From: Takakia lepidozioides
Lineage: Eukaryota; Plantae; Bryophyta
Length of the DNA stretch: 64,000 nt
Direction: 5' to 3'
Assembly: GCA_030704615.1 (NCBI GenBank)
Contig: CM060731.1
Span: forward strand, 34,596,001 to 34,660,000
How positions within the stretch are numbered: position 1 is the stretch's first letter; each line of letters opens with the position of its first letter. A program made the position numbers and the translations under genes. The notes beneath the pieces were generated by a model. It was not told the DNA's origin. It ran no database searches and saw only the letters and a list, made by a program, of their open reading frames with translations. This document shows positions 20,313-34,500 of the stretch, one piece after another.

Positions 20313-23300
20313 CTAGTAGATCCCAGGGAAGATCCGCCACGGTACAGCCTTGCAATACTCCTGCCACACCTCCTTATACTTCTGCCGGCACCTCACTTCA
20401 TCTCGTCTCTCTCTCCATAGCAGCAGAAGGAACAGATAAAATGGATAAAAATAGGGCACCAATGAGCTGTTCACCGCCAAACACACAATCCCGTCCATCA
20501 GAAGTACAGCAATGCTTGTGAGAATTGGGCAAACCGAATCTTCCTCACAGAAAAAGGAGTCATGGTCAAGTTATAATGACTTGACTGATGACTACCCAAT
20601 GTTCCCCAGCTAACTAGGAGCAAAAGAGGTGAAGTTGAGCTTGATCCTCACTGTGTTATCCTTGGTCTCAAATTGATTTCAGTTCCTTTGACTTGATACA
20701 ATTGGTACATACAGATATTAATGGTATTGGAATGAATCAGACATACTAAGGGAGGGGGAAGAGGATAAGTGTCTTGACCTTATGCCGCATGGCAGACTGA
20801 ATGAGAAGGCCAACAATATGTCTCCCAAATAGTTGCAGTGTCTTGCAATTCCCCTGCACAAGCCACACAAGGTTTTGATTCATTGAAAAGAGGCTGTACT
20901 TGAGGGTCTGCTCGCAAATCTGACGAATCTCCACAGGGGTGCCCTTTCTTTCCTCTTGCTTCCCTTTTCACATTCATTCCTTCTCTGTATCGCAGCAGCT
21001 AGGAGCAGGTCCCAAAACTCAAGGTTCTGCAAAGAAGATCAAAGCTTTGTGTTCGGGTTTAATTTGGGACCAATATAAGCTTAGATCACAAAGATGCACC
21101 CACACTGCAAAAAATACCTACCAGTAGCCTGAAGCCAATAGTCGCCCTCCAACTACTTTGGCAGGCTGGCCCCAAATCACCACATTAGGGTCCTGTTTGA
21201 ACATGTGCTTCTGCTTGTTTGCTCCCCTGAACACGGCAAACCTATTCCATTGCATTCCCATCCAACCCTTTTCAGAGCTTGCACATGTCTTGGACTTACA
21301 TCATTATATCGTGACTATACAGATGCAGAAGCTCTCTTCATGAGTCTTCTTTCTGCATTTCTGGCATGTACGGTTGTACAGTCACAACATTCAGTTGTCT
21401 TCTCTTCATAACTGTGTATATATTGGTGTATTGGGAAGAGAGGCTAAAGATGCAACAGAGAGGAAGATTTAAGAATGACACATGCACTGCTGAATCAATG
21501 GGAAAACATCTGTCTGAACCTTTTCATAAACAGTAAAACAAAATGCATCACAGGACAGGTACTGCACCACGCACCCACATATAAATATGAAGATATTCAT
21601 TACAGCAGCGGCCCGACTGATCTCCACCGAATTACTCAAGAGCCACCAGCCCTGTTGGAAGGTGGAACACTAGAAGCTGAGTAGGCAGGATTGCAGAGTA
21701 TGGAAGTACTGTTATCATGCAATGTCTTTGCTCACACCTTTCCAGTCCCTCTGATTAATAGAGATTGAAGTATATAGCTCCCAGACAGAACCAATGAAGG
21801 TAAGGCAAAACAGCTTTCACAGGCAAAAACCCCTAAACCCGATCAGGAGAAGAGGGCACTATTGCACTGGTAATTAAGTAACTTCGCACGTCATGATCTA
21901 CTACAGCAATCTGTCTTCTCAAGGTAAGAGCAAACGTAAGCCCTTGCCTGTATGCTGAAGGTGAAGGGAATAAACACGATATCCCCAAATATCAGCATGA
22001 ACCCAAAATTTTCTGCAATGATATCCCACCTGCAGAGTTTCATCCAGTCCTTGTCATCACCATGGATGCAGCTCAAAGCTGACATTCTTAGATTATAGAA
22101 CAACAACAATAGACGTGCAATAAGCCAACAACGCTTGCAGGCAAATGGATAGAGCTTCAGAGCTAGCCACTGTGGAGCCAAGACAGAAATAAAAGAGACC
22201 CATAATACGCATATAACAGTGAAAGGGGACAAAAAATCATGTTAACTATGGGAAAGGCTTGACAAACTAGCAGCAACTTACGTTGTGGTCATGTACTGTT
22301 CATGCCAGAAGTAATCCAGCACATAGATCTGCAACACAGCCCATGTTGCCCATGAATGTTGAATCAATGGGAAGACATTAGTTGATTACCAACAAAGGAG
22401 TTAGGACAGGTTACACTCACAGTACAGAAGGCTTGATAGAGAGCCATTGATAGGGACAAAGCACCCCGGTCTTGCACTTGCTGGGCGGCCACTGACAAAT
22501 TGATGACCAGCCATCCCATCATGCCTGCCCGGATCCAAAAAAATCTGTCTCCCAACCCAAGAGAGAAAATATCGCCCCATGATGTAGTGCACCGTTCTTT
22601 GTCCAGGGTTACACTCATGAAAGCCCATGCTATAGCTCTTACTATCTCCAGATTGACATTATTGTAACTGGAGGTGTCAAATACCACAATTTGATGATGA
22701 AATTGGACTTACTTTAGATCAAGGCCTAGAAGATTTGGATTCAACTGCACCCCAAACCACCTACACACCAGCCGCCATAACAAACAAGACGACAAGGGAA
22801 TCAAGGTGTGTATTCATTAGACAGGTTCATGAATGACTATACTAGGATTCCAGATAAGAAACACATCCTGCTACCACAGGCAGAGTAATTCCAACAGGGT
22901 TTGGCACATCAAGGGCTGTAACCTCACTAGCAGGTGACCAGTCTATTGGTGGACCCATCTTGCAGCTAGCTTGACTGCACAGGGTGACATGCAGTATATG
23001 CCTTAGGTAGATTTGAAAAGGACCACCTAAGTGTCACATAATGCCCATAACAACTGGGGAATATTTCAGAAGCTTCCCTTAAACACAAATCACCAGGGCA
23101 CTGGAAAAACACAGTTCAGAGAAAACTCACTGGGAGCCTCTTTCCCGTGTTTCTTCAAAGCAATTCAGTCCATTCCATAGTCCCTTCCCTTCCAAATTTC
23201 TTCCTCAGCCTATATCATCACAATGTCGTTCGCATCTATATATCACCCAATGAAATATCTTCTGGCAAGGCATGGTTAACGAAGTGGGCATCCCATGACG

Positions 23301-25923
23301 CGAATATCCTCTAAATGACAGCCAGCTGGCAGGCCCTACAGCCCCCACTGACCAAATGATTTCAGTTTATCTGCCTGTACGATTGCCACATAAGAGGAAC
23401 AGGGGAATCACCAGGAGAATCACCAGTCATGAAGCAGGTTGTCCGTCACATGTGTCCTCAGTGACTCTGTCTTGCTTTTTGACGAGCAACCTTTGATGTA
23501 GATCCAGACTGACATCTGTGCCCTCTCATAATCAGAAACACTAACAGAAGTGACAAATAATTTAGAAGTAGGAGATAGCGCAAGCATGAGGTCAATATTC
23601 GGCAAAGTCCATACATGTATTACTCCAAGAAATATTCATATTCAGCCAGAAAGTATTTGACTATTGAGTTTGCTGCAAACTAGAAACAAGCTTGGAGCCA
23701 TAATGTTACGGCTTTATCAAGAACAATTGGTATTTCCTCACAGATTGGGAATGAACCAACTCTTTGGCCACAATCATCAGAGTTCAATGAGATATCATGT
23801 AGTGGGGATATACAGTACACTCAACCCAAAGAATCTCACCTAATAAAGTGAGAGAAGATATGGTTCCTTAACCACCTTGTCTAAGCATAGGACTGAAAAT
23901 TTGGACAAACGGTTCCAATCTCCTAGATATTGGAGCCCAGCTCAAGACAGATCATGTCTCTCTACCTACTACCATCCCTTCAGCTATGGAATGGTGGAAA
24001 TGTGATTTGCATGTCCCACCATCTGCAAAAAAGTCTCAGGAGATTACAAGTAATTGCAGCTGAAACTAGAACCCAGCCCTTCTATCACAAGAGTGGAAAT
24101 TCAGAGGAGAAAGCAGACCCCCAAGGCTGCGCAAACATATGGCATGTTTGTAAGACAGAGTGCAAGAGAAGGTAAGAAACAATGTGCAGATTCCAAGGTG
24201 CATGCGTACCAAGAGACAAAATGCAAGAACGGTGCTGCATAGCTGGCCACCTTTGCTTGCAATCACCTTCACACCCCATCACTCCCTTTATCAGCATCCG
24301 TCTACACATGTGCTTTCCTTTCACATCCACCCCACACATCTTTTTTGCAATGTGACCACCAGACTGATGTAACTCTGTCACGTCTGACGTGATTACTAAT
24401 CTAGTTTGAAAAAAAGAACAGAGAGGGTAGCTGTCATTGGACCAGCCTTCCCTGAAGTTTGTGCTTCCATGGGTCTCAAATGCAGTTGCAAGAGCAAAAG
24501 GCCACAATTGCCACAAACACTCTGGCACGGAGGAACTGAGAATAAATTCCAAGGATACACAAGCTTGAATCAACAAGGAGATCACATACCGATAGAAGCC
24601 CAAAAAAACTAAGTTGGCCAAAACCAGAGCACATCAGGGCAGAGAGCTGTTTCTTGTGCAAGCAGTGGACACGCTATTTAAGAGCATTACCGTGGATGAA
24701 ATAAGCCCTGCTCTGATCCCAGCACCAAGCCCTGCCACCAACACCAGCAGTGATGCTAATCCTGCACCCACATGTTGCTTGCTTTACCATCTGGGATGTT
24801 GCAATGAAGGAATGAAGTCGCTAAGGAATATGCACGTATGTTATCACCCTTGTAGCATAGAACTAGGTTTTCTCTTCCATATTCTTCTATCTTAAGGCTA
24901 TAATTTTAAAAAAGTTTTGTTCCATTCCTGACCCTCATTCTTTGAGTTGAGAATTTTTTCTAGACGCCACTGCACACAGTGTGATGTGCACATGGTGGTG
25001 TGATGTTTCCGTCCTAATTCATTCACCTGCCTGGAAAGATGAAAAACTTGCTGAGGTAACTATGTTGTAAAACCACTTCAACATCCTCACCACCTTATTC
25101 TTCTCCAGCGCCAATAACGTGATTTAAGCATAAGCAGTACTAAAATCTCAAATGAAATCCCTCTGTGCAGAAATCTGCCCAGGCCATAGACAACACCAAA
25201 GGATGCTCCTTCTAGTTGCCAGTGGAGACAGATTCACCCCAGCTGTAAGTTTAGAGAAGAGTGTCCTTTTTACAGAAACAAAAACATCGTCGTGGACAGG
25301 GAGTACAGGAGTGAGCGGACCCGGCCTAAAACTTTGAATGAAAACGAAATTGAACCCCATCATAGACACGACTTACTGAACTGAAAGGCTAGTCAAATGA
25401 TAATCGCACCATTGCATTTGTAGAAAATCCTGGTCTTGTCTGCCAGCACAGCTCCAGCTATGGTTGGGCCTGGCAGAACTGCACCCAGCAGGGCGAGAAC
25501 TGCAATGTATCCCACGAACACTCCCAGCTGCCCAAAATGCCAGAAACATCACTAGAACGTCTTCACTGATATGGGCACATGCGCCATCCTTTGTTTACAA
25601 TGGACACTCTGCAATTGTAACCAGTGCACAAGACTACAGAGGCTCAATGCCATCAAAGGAAGAGGCCGCATTGCCATTGGTCGTCATAATCCGCAACCCC
25701 CGGACGCTAGCTGGTATGATAATTTGCGGGAGAATTCCAACATACCAGGGCCTCAACCCTAACGACGTGTTCCCATGTTCAACGCTGTAAGACTACCATC
25801 CAGCACTTTCTCTCGCACAAACAACACTAAGGAGCGTATTTGTCTTACCATAGACAACGAGGGGAAGTCCAGAAGTGGACAGCCCTGCAAGAATGCCACC
25901 ATCCTTGCTGCCCACTCCCCCAT
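20313..25923 (-). CDS. FK: Delta(14)-sterol reductase (FACKEL/ERG24 family), 13 exons
   Basis: Exons read in order: MGEWAARM..., LGVFVGY...IFYKCNG, GLASLLVL..., VIASKGGQL..., ...HVTDNLLHDW, WFGVQLNP...DLK, FFWIRAGMMGWL..., IYVLDYFWHEQYMTTT, WDIIAENFGFMLIFGD..., GWWLL..., FAVFRGANKQKH...LLASGYW, GIARHCNYLGD..., SLVPYFYP...KAVPWRIFPGIY*. Confidence 0.95.
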
Positions 25924-28822
25924 AGCTCCAAACCTGCACCAACACTCACACACAACGCAAGAGTCCACACTTCCAATTCTTGTTTTCCGCCCAAGATTCG
26001 TTTTTTGGTATATTACATCTCAAGACATCCATTGTCTACGTTCTCATCTACGATACCGAATGGTAATTACATCAAAGTTTTCCCTCAGATCGATCTCCCG
26101 CTTACAATTGGGAGTTTTTAAGTTCTGAGCAAACCCCACCCCAACTCGCTCACATGCTTGAGGAAGCAGGAAGTATGAATCTTGAGGATTTGCAAGAAGG
26201 TTGCTACGCGCGCATCTAGAGAGGTTACCGGGGACGCTGTATGTACAGCGGTCACGCTCGAGACTCTCTTAAGAATGATAGAGAAGATGAGGAGATAGGT
26301 AGCAGATCAGGGCGGAGCTAAAGAGACAAATTTAAATTTTGTCCTTGGAGGCAGAACCCAAGGGTAAGCTGTTGGGTCTGCACTATTTCCTTCCTTTTGC
26401 TAAGTTTAGCTTTGATGACCTCTCATCAATCAAGTGAATGGGCGGGTGAGAAATTCCCGGTCTCTTTGTGCAGCAGTATATACTAACAATTTGCACGAGC
26501 AAGTGCCTGTTGTGCTCGCCAAACTCCCCAATCTAAGATATTTGTAAGTTGGACTCAAAACTTGAACACATCTTGCCAGGCACGAATCTACAATGCCAGT
26601 CTTTCTGTCTTCTGCCATAGCAACGTGGTAGTGACCATGTTCTAATTAGCGAATGCACGCATCGAAAATTGCATAATATTGGACTGTTTGAGGTTTAAAC
26701 CAACAGAGATATCTGGACAGAAATTTTCATCAATGGCAAGGGCGCCTCCTGGTGGTCTTGGGGCTCAGTGAGGTCAGGGGTTGCGATTAGCAATGCCCAT
26801 ATCCTCTACGTTACCAACTCCCTGGAAGATAAGAATAAATTTTCGAGATCGAGTGCAGGAAAGATGCATCGGGGCGCAGATTTATGGTGCCAGCCGCTAG
26901 ATTACAGTCTAGGACATGATTTCATTGATCAAGAGAATACCTGGCAGGTTTGGTGCCCAGGTGAAGCATACAATTTGAACAATCTCTTTTATTTGTTTGA
27001 CAACACCCCCATGAACAATTTATACGAGGATCAGCTTTGATAACAGACATTTCAGGTCCTTCAAGTACAGAATTAGTCTACTGCTTGGGAAGACGAGAAT
27101 TATATATTTTGGACTGCTTGTGGGAACTGCTGCAACGACCCGACAATGAGGCTCTGTTATTTGCCAATTTTACCTGTTGCGTCGTGAAAGCGTTCTCCTA
27201 GGTAACCTGAGCAGGAGCTGGAGTTGTGGCAAACACACTGGGAAAGGGATAGATATATTGGCCTTCATCTTTGTGGCGGCATGGCTCACGATCAGGAAGA
27301 GGATTACATGGATCCCAGTCTGGCACTCTGTTTGGGAGTGATCTTTGACATCGCAGGCAACCAATGTGCATTTTTTAATATCATCTTGGTATGTACTCTG
27401 CAATGTGATCTGTAACTTTCGGTAGTGTGCTTGTTCAAAATCAGTATTTGGGCAAGCATGGGAGGCAATACTTTTTTGAGAAGCAACCCCTTGTTCTACC
27501 ATTACAATTTTGCAATAAAGGGCTCAAAAGTGAAACATGCCGATCAATACATAGCTCTGGAGATGTTGATCTGTGGATGGCATTTGAAGCCAAAGAATGT
27601 GCTCAACTGTAGGATTGATGGAGAGGGGTGATGGGCAGCGGCTTGGACATGGGGCATTTGGGTTCTGCCACTCCATTGAGATGATCAATGACGTCATCCA
27701 GGGTACTGTGCCCCAACAAGGCAGGCAAGGTGCGCTTCTGTTCAGTTTTCCAGCATACAGAATTGTTGTAATGAGGCCAGCATGTAGGTTTTGGCTGAGT
27801 CAGTTGTCAGCTGCCCGGCCGCTCTCTAGGTGCACACTGTGATGTATGTTGAGATGTTGTAAATTGTACACGAAAACTGGTACCACATACCACAATGCAC
27901 TTGCACCAGGCTTGGCAACATACTTTCAGCTTGTGAGCTGTGTTGAGCCCATCATTGTGAGGTTTTTGCAATGTAGCTCCCCCTTCTTACCACCCTTTAC
28001 GGGGATTTGCTTTGTTCAAAGAGGATGTTGGAATGGATGGCAGGTTGTGGTAGCGAAGAAAGAGAGAATGGGGGGCCTGAATGATAAGCTCATCATGACA
28101 GTGGCCATGCCTTTGCTTTGGAGGGTACAGTCCACCATGGATACCCTTCACTATGCTATCAGATCTGGTGGTGGAGTTGTGGAGAAGGTTTTTTGGCAAT
28201 GGGACTTTTCTTGACTCTCTGGATCTGATTGGAATCCTGTCGGATTTTGCACTTACATTCTTGTTCCATCGTAGCATAACTTTGTCAAGCTGGAGATCAG
28301 AGTCTGGCCAATTTCTGTGTAATGCAATTTCAGCTTTTGGAAATACATAGTGGAAACATTGTATCTGTAGGATGGGTGAAATGCAAATTAACAGTTGTTA
28401 TTTGATCTTTACTCACATTGAAACCATGCATATTGAAGCCTGGGTTTGCACACTCAATTTATACAAACTCTGCAAACTTCTTCATATTTGCATTACCTGA
28501 CTTTGTTCGCTTGACTGGACATGGGAGGCCGAGTATGCACTCTTGTGCATCTAAGAAGATGTGCTCTCTGGACAATGTGGACCTTGAGATCTGTTCAAGT
28601 AACTAATTATTCATAAAACTTCCCAACACAATCTTCACGAACATTTTACATTGAACCTGAGAAGCAAGCCTGGCAAGGTGCAATAAGTCATACCGTCGTG
28701 TACATTGCACTGGTGATCTGTACATGTGAGTACAGAGTTACACAGTTCATGTATGAAAAAAGCTGAGGCTCAAAGAACTGATCATGATAGGAAAAATCCA
28801 CAACCCATTACTTTAATTCTAC

Positions 28823-30741
28823 TTAGAACTCTATCTCTTGGCGCTCACCCCAAAACTTTCCTGAAGGCCCTCCGGGAGGCTTGAGAGCTACCCACACACC
28901 AGTGTCAGCACCTTCACTAGCTGGGTGGAGGATGTATTCGGGTGGCAGACTCTGAGCCTTTACCACCTCATTAATCCACATGTCTGTTTCAGTAGCCCCG
29001 GGACAGTAACTGTTGACGACGATGCTCTCGCCTTGCGGTCGGGGGGCGGTCGGCCAGAGAGGGCGCGGTGCAATATGCTCACGTACGCATTCACCGCAAT
29101 CTTCGAAACAGCATACGCTGCTGGAAAATCTACAGGCCAACCCTTTTCCTTCTCCTTCCACGTCCCAGTGCGCACATCTTGGAGAAACGCATCAATGAAC
29201 TTGTTGACAGTGGCTTCTTTGATGTGTTCACGATCAACAAGCTCTTCACGATACTTGTTCTTAGGAGCTGAGAGGCAGTTGACCAAAGAAACAACGTTCC
29301 ACAAAACTAAGCCGTTGTACATACTACTGCAAGACAGAAGTTCAGGAGACAAAAGTGCAGCATGCTAGGCAAAGCTGGATAGTCATGTCACGTGATTATG
29401 TACACAACTCTCAGATGGACAAACCTGAAGAGAATGGGACACAGCTATCTAAACTTAGACTTCTCCAGAAGAATACCCATATGAGGGGAAAACAGAAATA
29501 AATTTCACAATATCTGAGAGGGAGACCTGAAGCAGGCCAGCTCGTGAAGCGACCACCACAATGCGAGCATCAGCCTTAGAGTGTCGTAAAATTGGGAGCA
29601 AGGCTTCTGTTACGCGCTTGACACCGTCATAGTTGGTCCTTATTATAGCTTCTGCATCCTTTACACTGATAGGTCCGACCTTCAAGATCGCAGCATTATT
29701 GACCTGCCCACGACAGAATGCATGGTCAGTTTCTCAACTTCCAACAAACGACCAGTACCCCACTCCCCTCCTTTGCCCCCAGTATCTAATTGAATCTTTA
29801 GTAGTTTCTGTCTATAATCTTGAGTCGATCTTCTTGTCTGCATGGATCTTTCGCAGTATGAGGGACAGGATCCCAGATATACCACGCCCTCTGAATTGGG
29901 AAATTATCTCGAAACTCACCAGGATACTCACCAGGATATCAATACCACCATAAGTGTCGCGAAGCCAATTTGCCAATGTCCGTGCAGAATCTTCGCTAGT
30001 GACATCAAGAAGATGGAAAGCAACCTGCTTTAGCCCTTTCCTTTTCAAAGCTTCAAGGGCCTGGAGGCCACGATGTTTATCGCGCGCAGTCAGAACTGTG
30101 GTGATCCCATTTTCCGCCAATTGTCGTGCAATCTCGAAGCCTATGCCTTTGTTGGCCCCTGTCACCACTGCCACTGTGTCCCTGGACCACCACCTCACTC
30201 TACATGCATACGAAGTATCCACATGTCAGATCAGTTGTAAGAATCGGGTACAAAGGACCTAGATTTTCAAATACATCGAACAAGGATCACATACGAAGAA
30301 ATTCAACATTGGACAGTAGCGTGGGTCCGAGGAGTATTCTACATGTTGAACAGCAGAGCTGGTCCATGGATCTGGTTATCCTCAAAATATTCCTCCGAAC
30401 AGAATTTTGAGATGTATACATGATAATTTTCACCAGAACTACCACACTATGGATCCGCACTATCCAAGATCTATGAAAAAAATCTCACTGGAAACTAGCT
30501 ATATGTACAGTTAAAATGACCTGACCTGGACTTCTCAAACTCGTTTCAGTCACACACTTCGCAATACCACCACAGTCTCGACTCACTCTGCCAGCTGATA
30601 CAGCCCTCATCTAATCTCCTATCAACACGCTACGTACAGAGAGACAAGACACGGAATCATATGCAATCAAATGTCCACAGTCTCGCCTACTCAGCGGGAT
30701 GAGACTCGAGGCTCGACTTACTCATGTGCAACGTAACCCAT
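28823..30741 (-). pseudogene. Carbonyl-reductase / neomenthol-dehydrogenase-like SDR, copy 1, frameshifted
   Basis: Exons 30741-30722, 30199-29932, 29703-29527 and 29267-28823. Motifs TGANKGIG, NNAA and YAVSK are present. Relative to copy 2, exon 4 has a 1-bp loss at its start and an 11-bp insertion at ~29043-29053. Confidence 0.8.
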
Positions 30742-31569
30742 GATAGCTTCCTCCCCCGGATCAATTCCAAGCTGCTGTTTGGTTTTGTGCGGCTGCAATC
30801 TACACTCTCCTTCCCTCTCTAGATGTATCTCAGTCTTCATCAACCTCCCATTTAGGGAGTATACGCCGGCCGTGGTTTGGCTCAACAGGACGCTTGCCTG
30901 CATGCACCTGTCGTGAGTAATTGAGCAGTTGAGGAGGTGGGTTACAGCACAGTGTACAGCGGCCCATCTTCCCCACTTATAAATTGGTGTTGGGCGGGTA
31001 GTAGCAGTTTGAGCATATTCGTTAAGTCGAGTAAACTGGGCACCAACGCAAGAAATTGGGGACAAGCAAGCGTGCAAGTAGCTTGCCCCCTTGCTATTTG
31101 GGAAGGGTGAACGTGATGGCAGCGTGGGCCCCGCGTCACGCTCGTCCGCGAGTCCATGTGGAGGGATGTGGAGGGCCCAGCGGTGAGTGTGGAGGAATAA
31201 GGGATCAAAATGGTTTGAACTGCTTTTTTCAGCTATTTTGAGTCTCGCCTTTTTTTTCTTTTTTTTTTAAAGGAAACCTGGGAGCGACTGATTCAGGCCC
31301 TTGAGGAGGGGGTAAAATTAACCCCCTTTCTGATAAGCCATTAGGCACACAGGTGGGAAACGTCACCACCAGACCAACCGGTTAGGAACAGTCCACACAC
31401 GAGGGTAGCGGGTTTGAACCCCGAACCACCAGGGCGACACACTGTGCACTTACCAGCTGATGTGCTTTCGCCTTCAATTTTTGTGGCTTGTAGTTTGCTC
31501 TTTTTGATATTCATTGACGTTCATCCTATCTTTTGGCCAAAGTGACTAGCCAAACTCTCCTTGCATCAC

Positions 31570-34500
31570 TTTTTTTTTATTTTTAAATTTAAAGAACAGG
31601 GGCTATAACCCCGGAAATATATTAATAGGGAAAAGGAGATACACGAGGAAAAAATAACCTCTGGGGTGTGAGGCGTGAGACACAAGGGGAACATCCCGGA
31701 GACTAACAAATAGAGAGTTTGGATGGAAAAACTAAGACAGGCGACGCAGCGCCGAAGTTGGTGCTCTAGAAGGATAAGGGAATCAAACAGAGCCGAGATA
31801 GGATACTAACTGCCAGAATAGACCAAAAAAAGACTGGCAGAATGCAGGAGCTTGCACAGAGAGCCAAGCAACCTGCCGAAGCAACCTGCAAAAACTACCA
31901 ATCCAGCCCAGAGATCTTCAAACACTACCAATCAAAGTACTATGATTGGTGAAACCACCACTGGAGTCCCAGAAAAGAGGACTCCAAAGTGGACGAGCTC
32001 GATAAAACCTGAGATGTAAGGCCTGCCTCACCAGTAAACAGAACCCAAAACACTGAATTATAAAGCGCATTTCTGAGATCAATGGGACATCTCGCAAGCA
32101 TGAGAGCAATTAGCAAGCATCCGCAATGAAGTCCAACGACGTCTTAGCTCTTGGAATTCTGAGCTTGCGGTGCCTCCAGTTTACTTCCGCATCTTCAGAG
32201 CCCATCGGGGATTTGCCATTGATCGGGGAGGACGTAGTGCCGGGTAATGGATGGTTCTAAAGCCCTGGTGCAGAGGATATGATCCTTCCCCCAGGAGAGA
32301 TCAAAGGAAGCGAAGAGCTCTTGCCGCCTCCTCTTGCTGCACCTGTCACAAGCTGTAAGCATAGACCCCCACGCCTTATACCCCTCAGTCATCAGATCCG
32401 CAAATATTTTATGCAGCAACGATCTGATGTTGGGGCAGCGCCCTTCAAACAAAATATAGCATATGGACTTCCATAGAGCCCACGACATATGAGCCCGCAA
32501 GCAGGACCAGACCGGGCAAGATTCCCAAAGATTATCCTGGGCCCAGTTCAAGAGCAACAACAAAAGGGATAGAAAAGAAGCAGCTCTCCATTTAAGTAGA
32601 AAGCAACCACCAGTCTCCACACGTTTGCTGCCAGCGGGCAAGTACTGGTAAGGCAATGCTCAATGGATTCCTCAACATTCGCAGGGCATAATAGACAGTC
32701 TGGGTTCCCATCAAACAAATGTGCCGCTACAGGCAGGATTTTGTTAGCAATTTTCCACAAAAAGGCTGAGATCTTGGAGGCTCTGTCTTTTCTCCATATG
32801 TCCTTCCAAATAAGCTTCCACTGGATTCCCGCATTTGGAATGTGTTGCCATTTTCTCGCCCATTTGAGAGTGAAATTGGCTGATCCCAACAGCAATCTAT
32901 ATCATATCTTTGCAGAGTACCCGGAATAATGGTGTCATCTTAGCATTCATCCATGCCCACTCCCCTGGATCAAACTGCAGGCCCGCCAGAGGAATGGAAA
33001 GAAACCAGTGGAGCCTCAAGCTGAAAGCCCAGTGGGCCTCCATTCCCGGTGGGGGAGAGGATTGGTTGCTCCTGAACCATATCTATTACCCTTATAGGGA
33101 ACAGTTCATGCCTTTTAGCTATCCCTGGACTAACACAGTCAGATTCCCTAGGGGAGAGGCCAGAAACCCCAAACCTGCAATGCCATCTAGGGCATATGAG
33201 ATTGCTAGTAACACATTAAAGGGTAAACCTGGAGCACAGCCCAACCATATTGGCATCATCCAGGGATCATTCTCAGAAAGCAACAATGGCGAGAGAAAAG
33301 ATGCTCCCTGACATATGATATTCCAACTATTGTTGACAACCTACCTAGGAAGGGCAGCATAAAGTAGATCTTGATACACAAATTGACCTTGCTCCCATAT
33401 ATTTGCCACATGACTGAACCCCGCATTTTCCCAAGAGGCCCACTTCCTGGATAGATTAATAAGCGGAGCTAAGTCCAAATTATAGTTACCGAACAGGGGC
33501 TGCCTGATGGCCTCTACAAAAGAGGTAGCTCTCCGTTGGAAAATGTAGGGTCTTAGTTTAAGCCAAGCACACCAAATTGAGTTCCAAGCCTAAGAACCTA
33601 CTTGGTGTGTGTGCTTGGTACCAGGAACGAGCCATTTCAAAGAGGGGGGCCACAAACCCGAGGACCTAGGTGCTGCGAACGAGATGAGCTTGCACCAGGG
33701 GCTATTGGCAAGCCAAAAGGAGCGGGGGATCCATCTTGCCAGTAGAGCAGTGATCTGCCTCTCAGGGTCCAGAATCCCCAATCCACCTTCCAATCTGGGA
33801 CGGCAAAGTTGGGCCCAAGAAATCAAGGCTCTTGATCTTCTAGGAGCCGCTGCCGTGGCTCCCCAAAAGGAAGTTTGGCAACAACACCTTTATTGATTGG
33901 ACCACTGCTGAACCCGGACTCCAACCCGAAGCAGAAAACCAAATTGCAGCCAACAATATCTGATTGAGAACTAGAGCTTTGCCAGCCATCGAGAGCCAGG
34001 TCGAGCTCCAGTATGCAATGTTCCGGCGGAGCTTCTGTAGCACCTGCTCTAAGAGCTGATCTTCCGAGATGTCATGCCCGAAACCCAATGAGTGTATGAA
34101 CCTAGCCATCTTCCAACCATCTTAACCCCAGGTCAACACCCCACTGGGGGCAATGCATGGCTACAGTAGGGTCAGACAGTTTTGAGAGGAGACCATTAAC
34201 AGACTTTGACCAATTCACCTTGAGACCCGAGGCCGGACAAAAGGTGTCCAAGGCCGTGCATGCCCTATCCACATTCTGAGCAGAGCTATTGTCAATCAAC
34301 ATAACAATATCATCTGCATATATGGAAGTCTTAACCGAAGAGAAGAGGCCGTGAGATGGGGGGTTTAAACCAATGAGGTCGTCTTTTCCATCCCCAGGAA
34401 ATGCCCAAGGCAGTCTGCTGCTAGCATAAACAAAAAAGGGGCAAGGGGACAGCCCTGCCTCACAAACCTGTGCAAGGGAAAAGAGGTAGAGATGATGCCA

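Noticed and set aside
21826-21840. Telomere-like CCCTAAA motif (also ~57475 and ~61569)
   Set aside because: Only one or two units, expected by chance; not an interstitial telomeric array.
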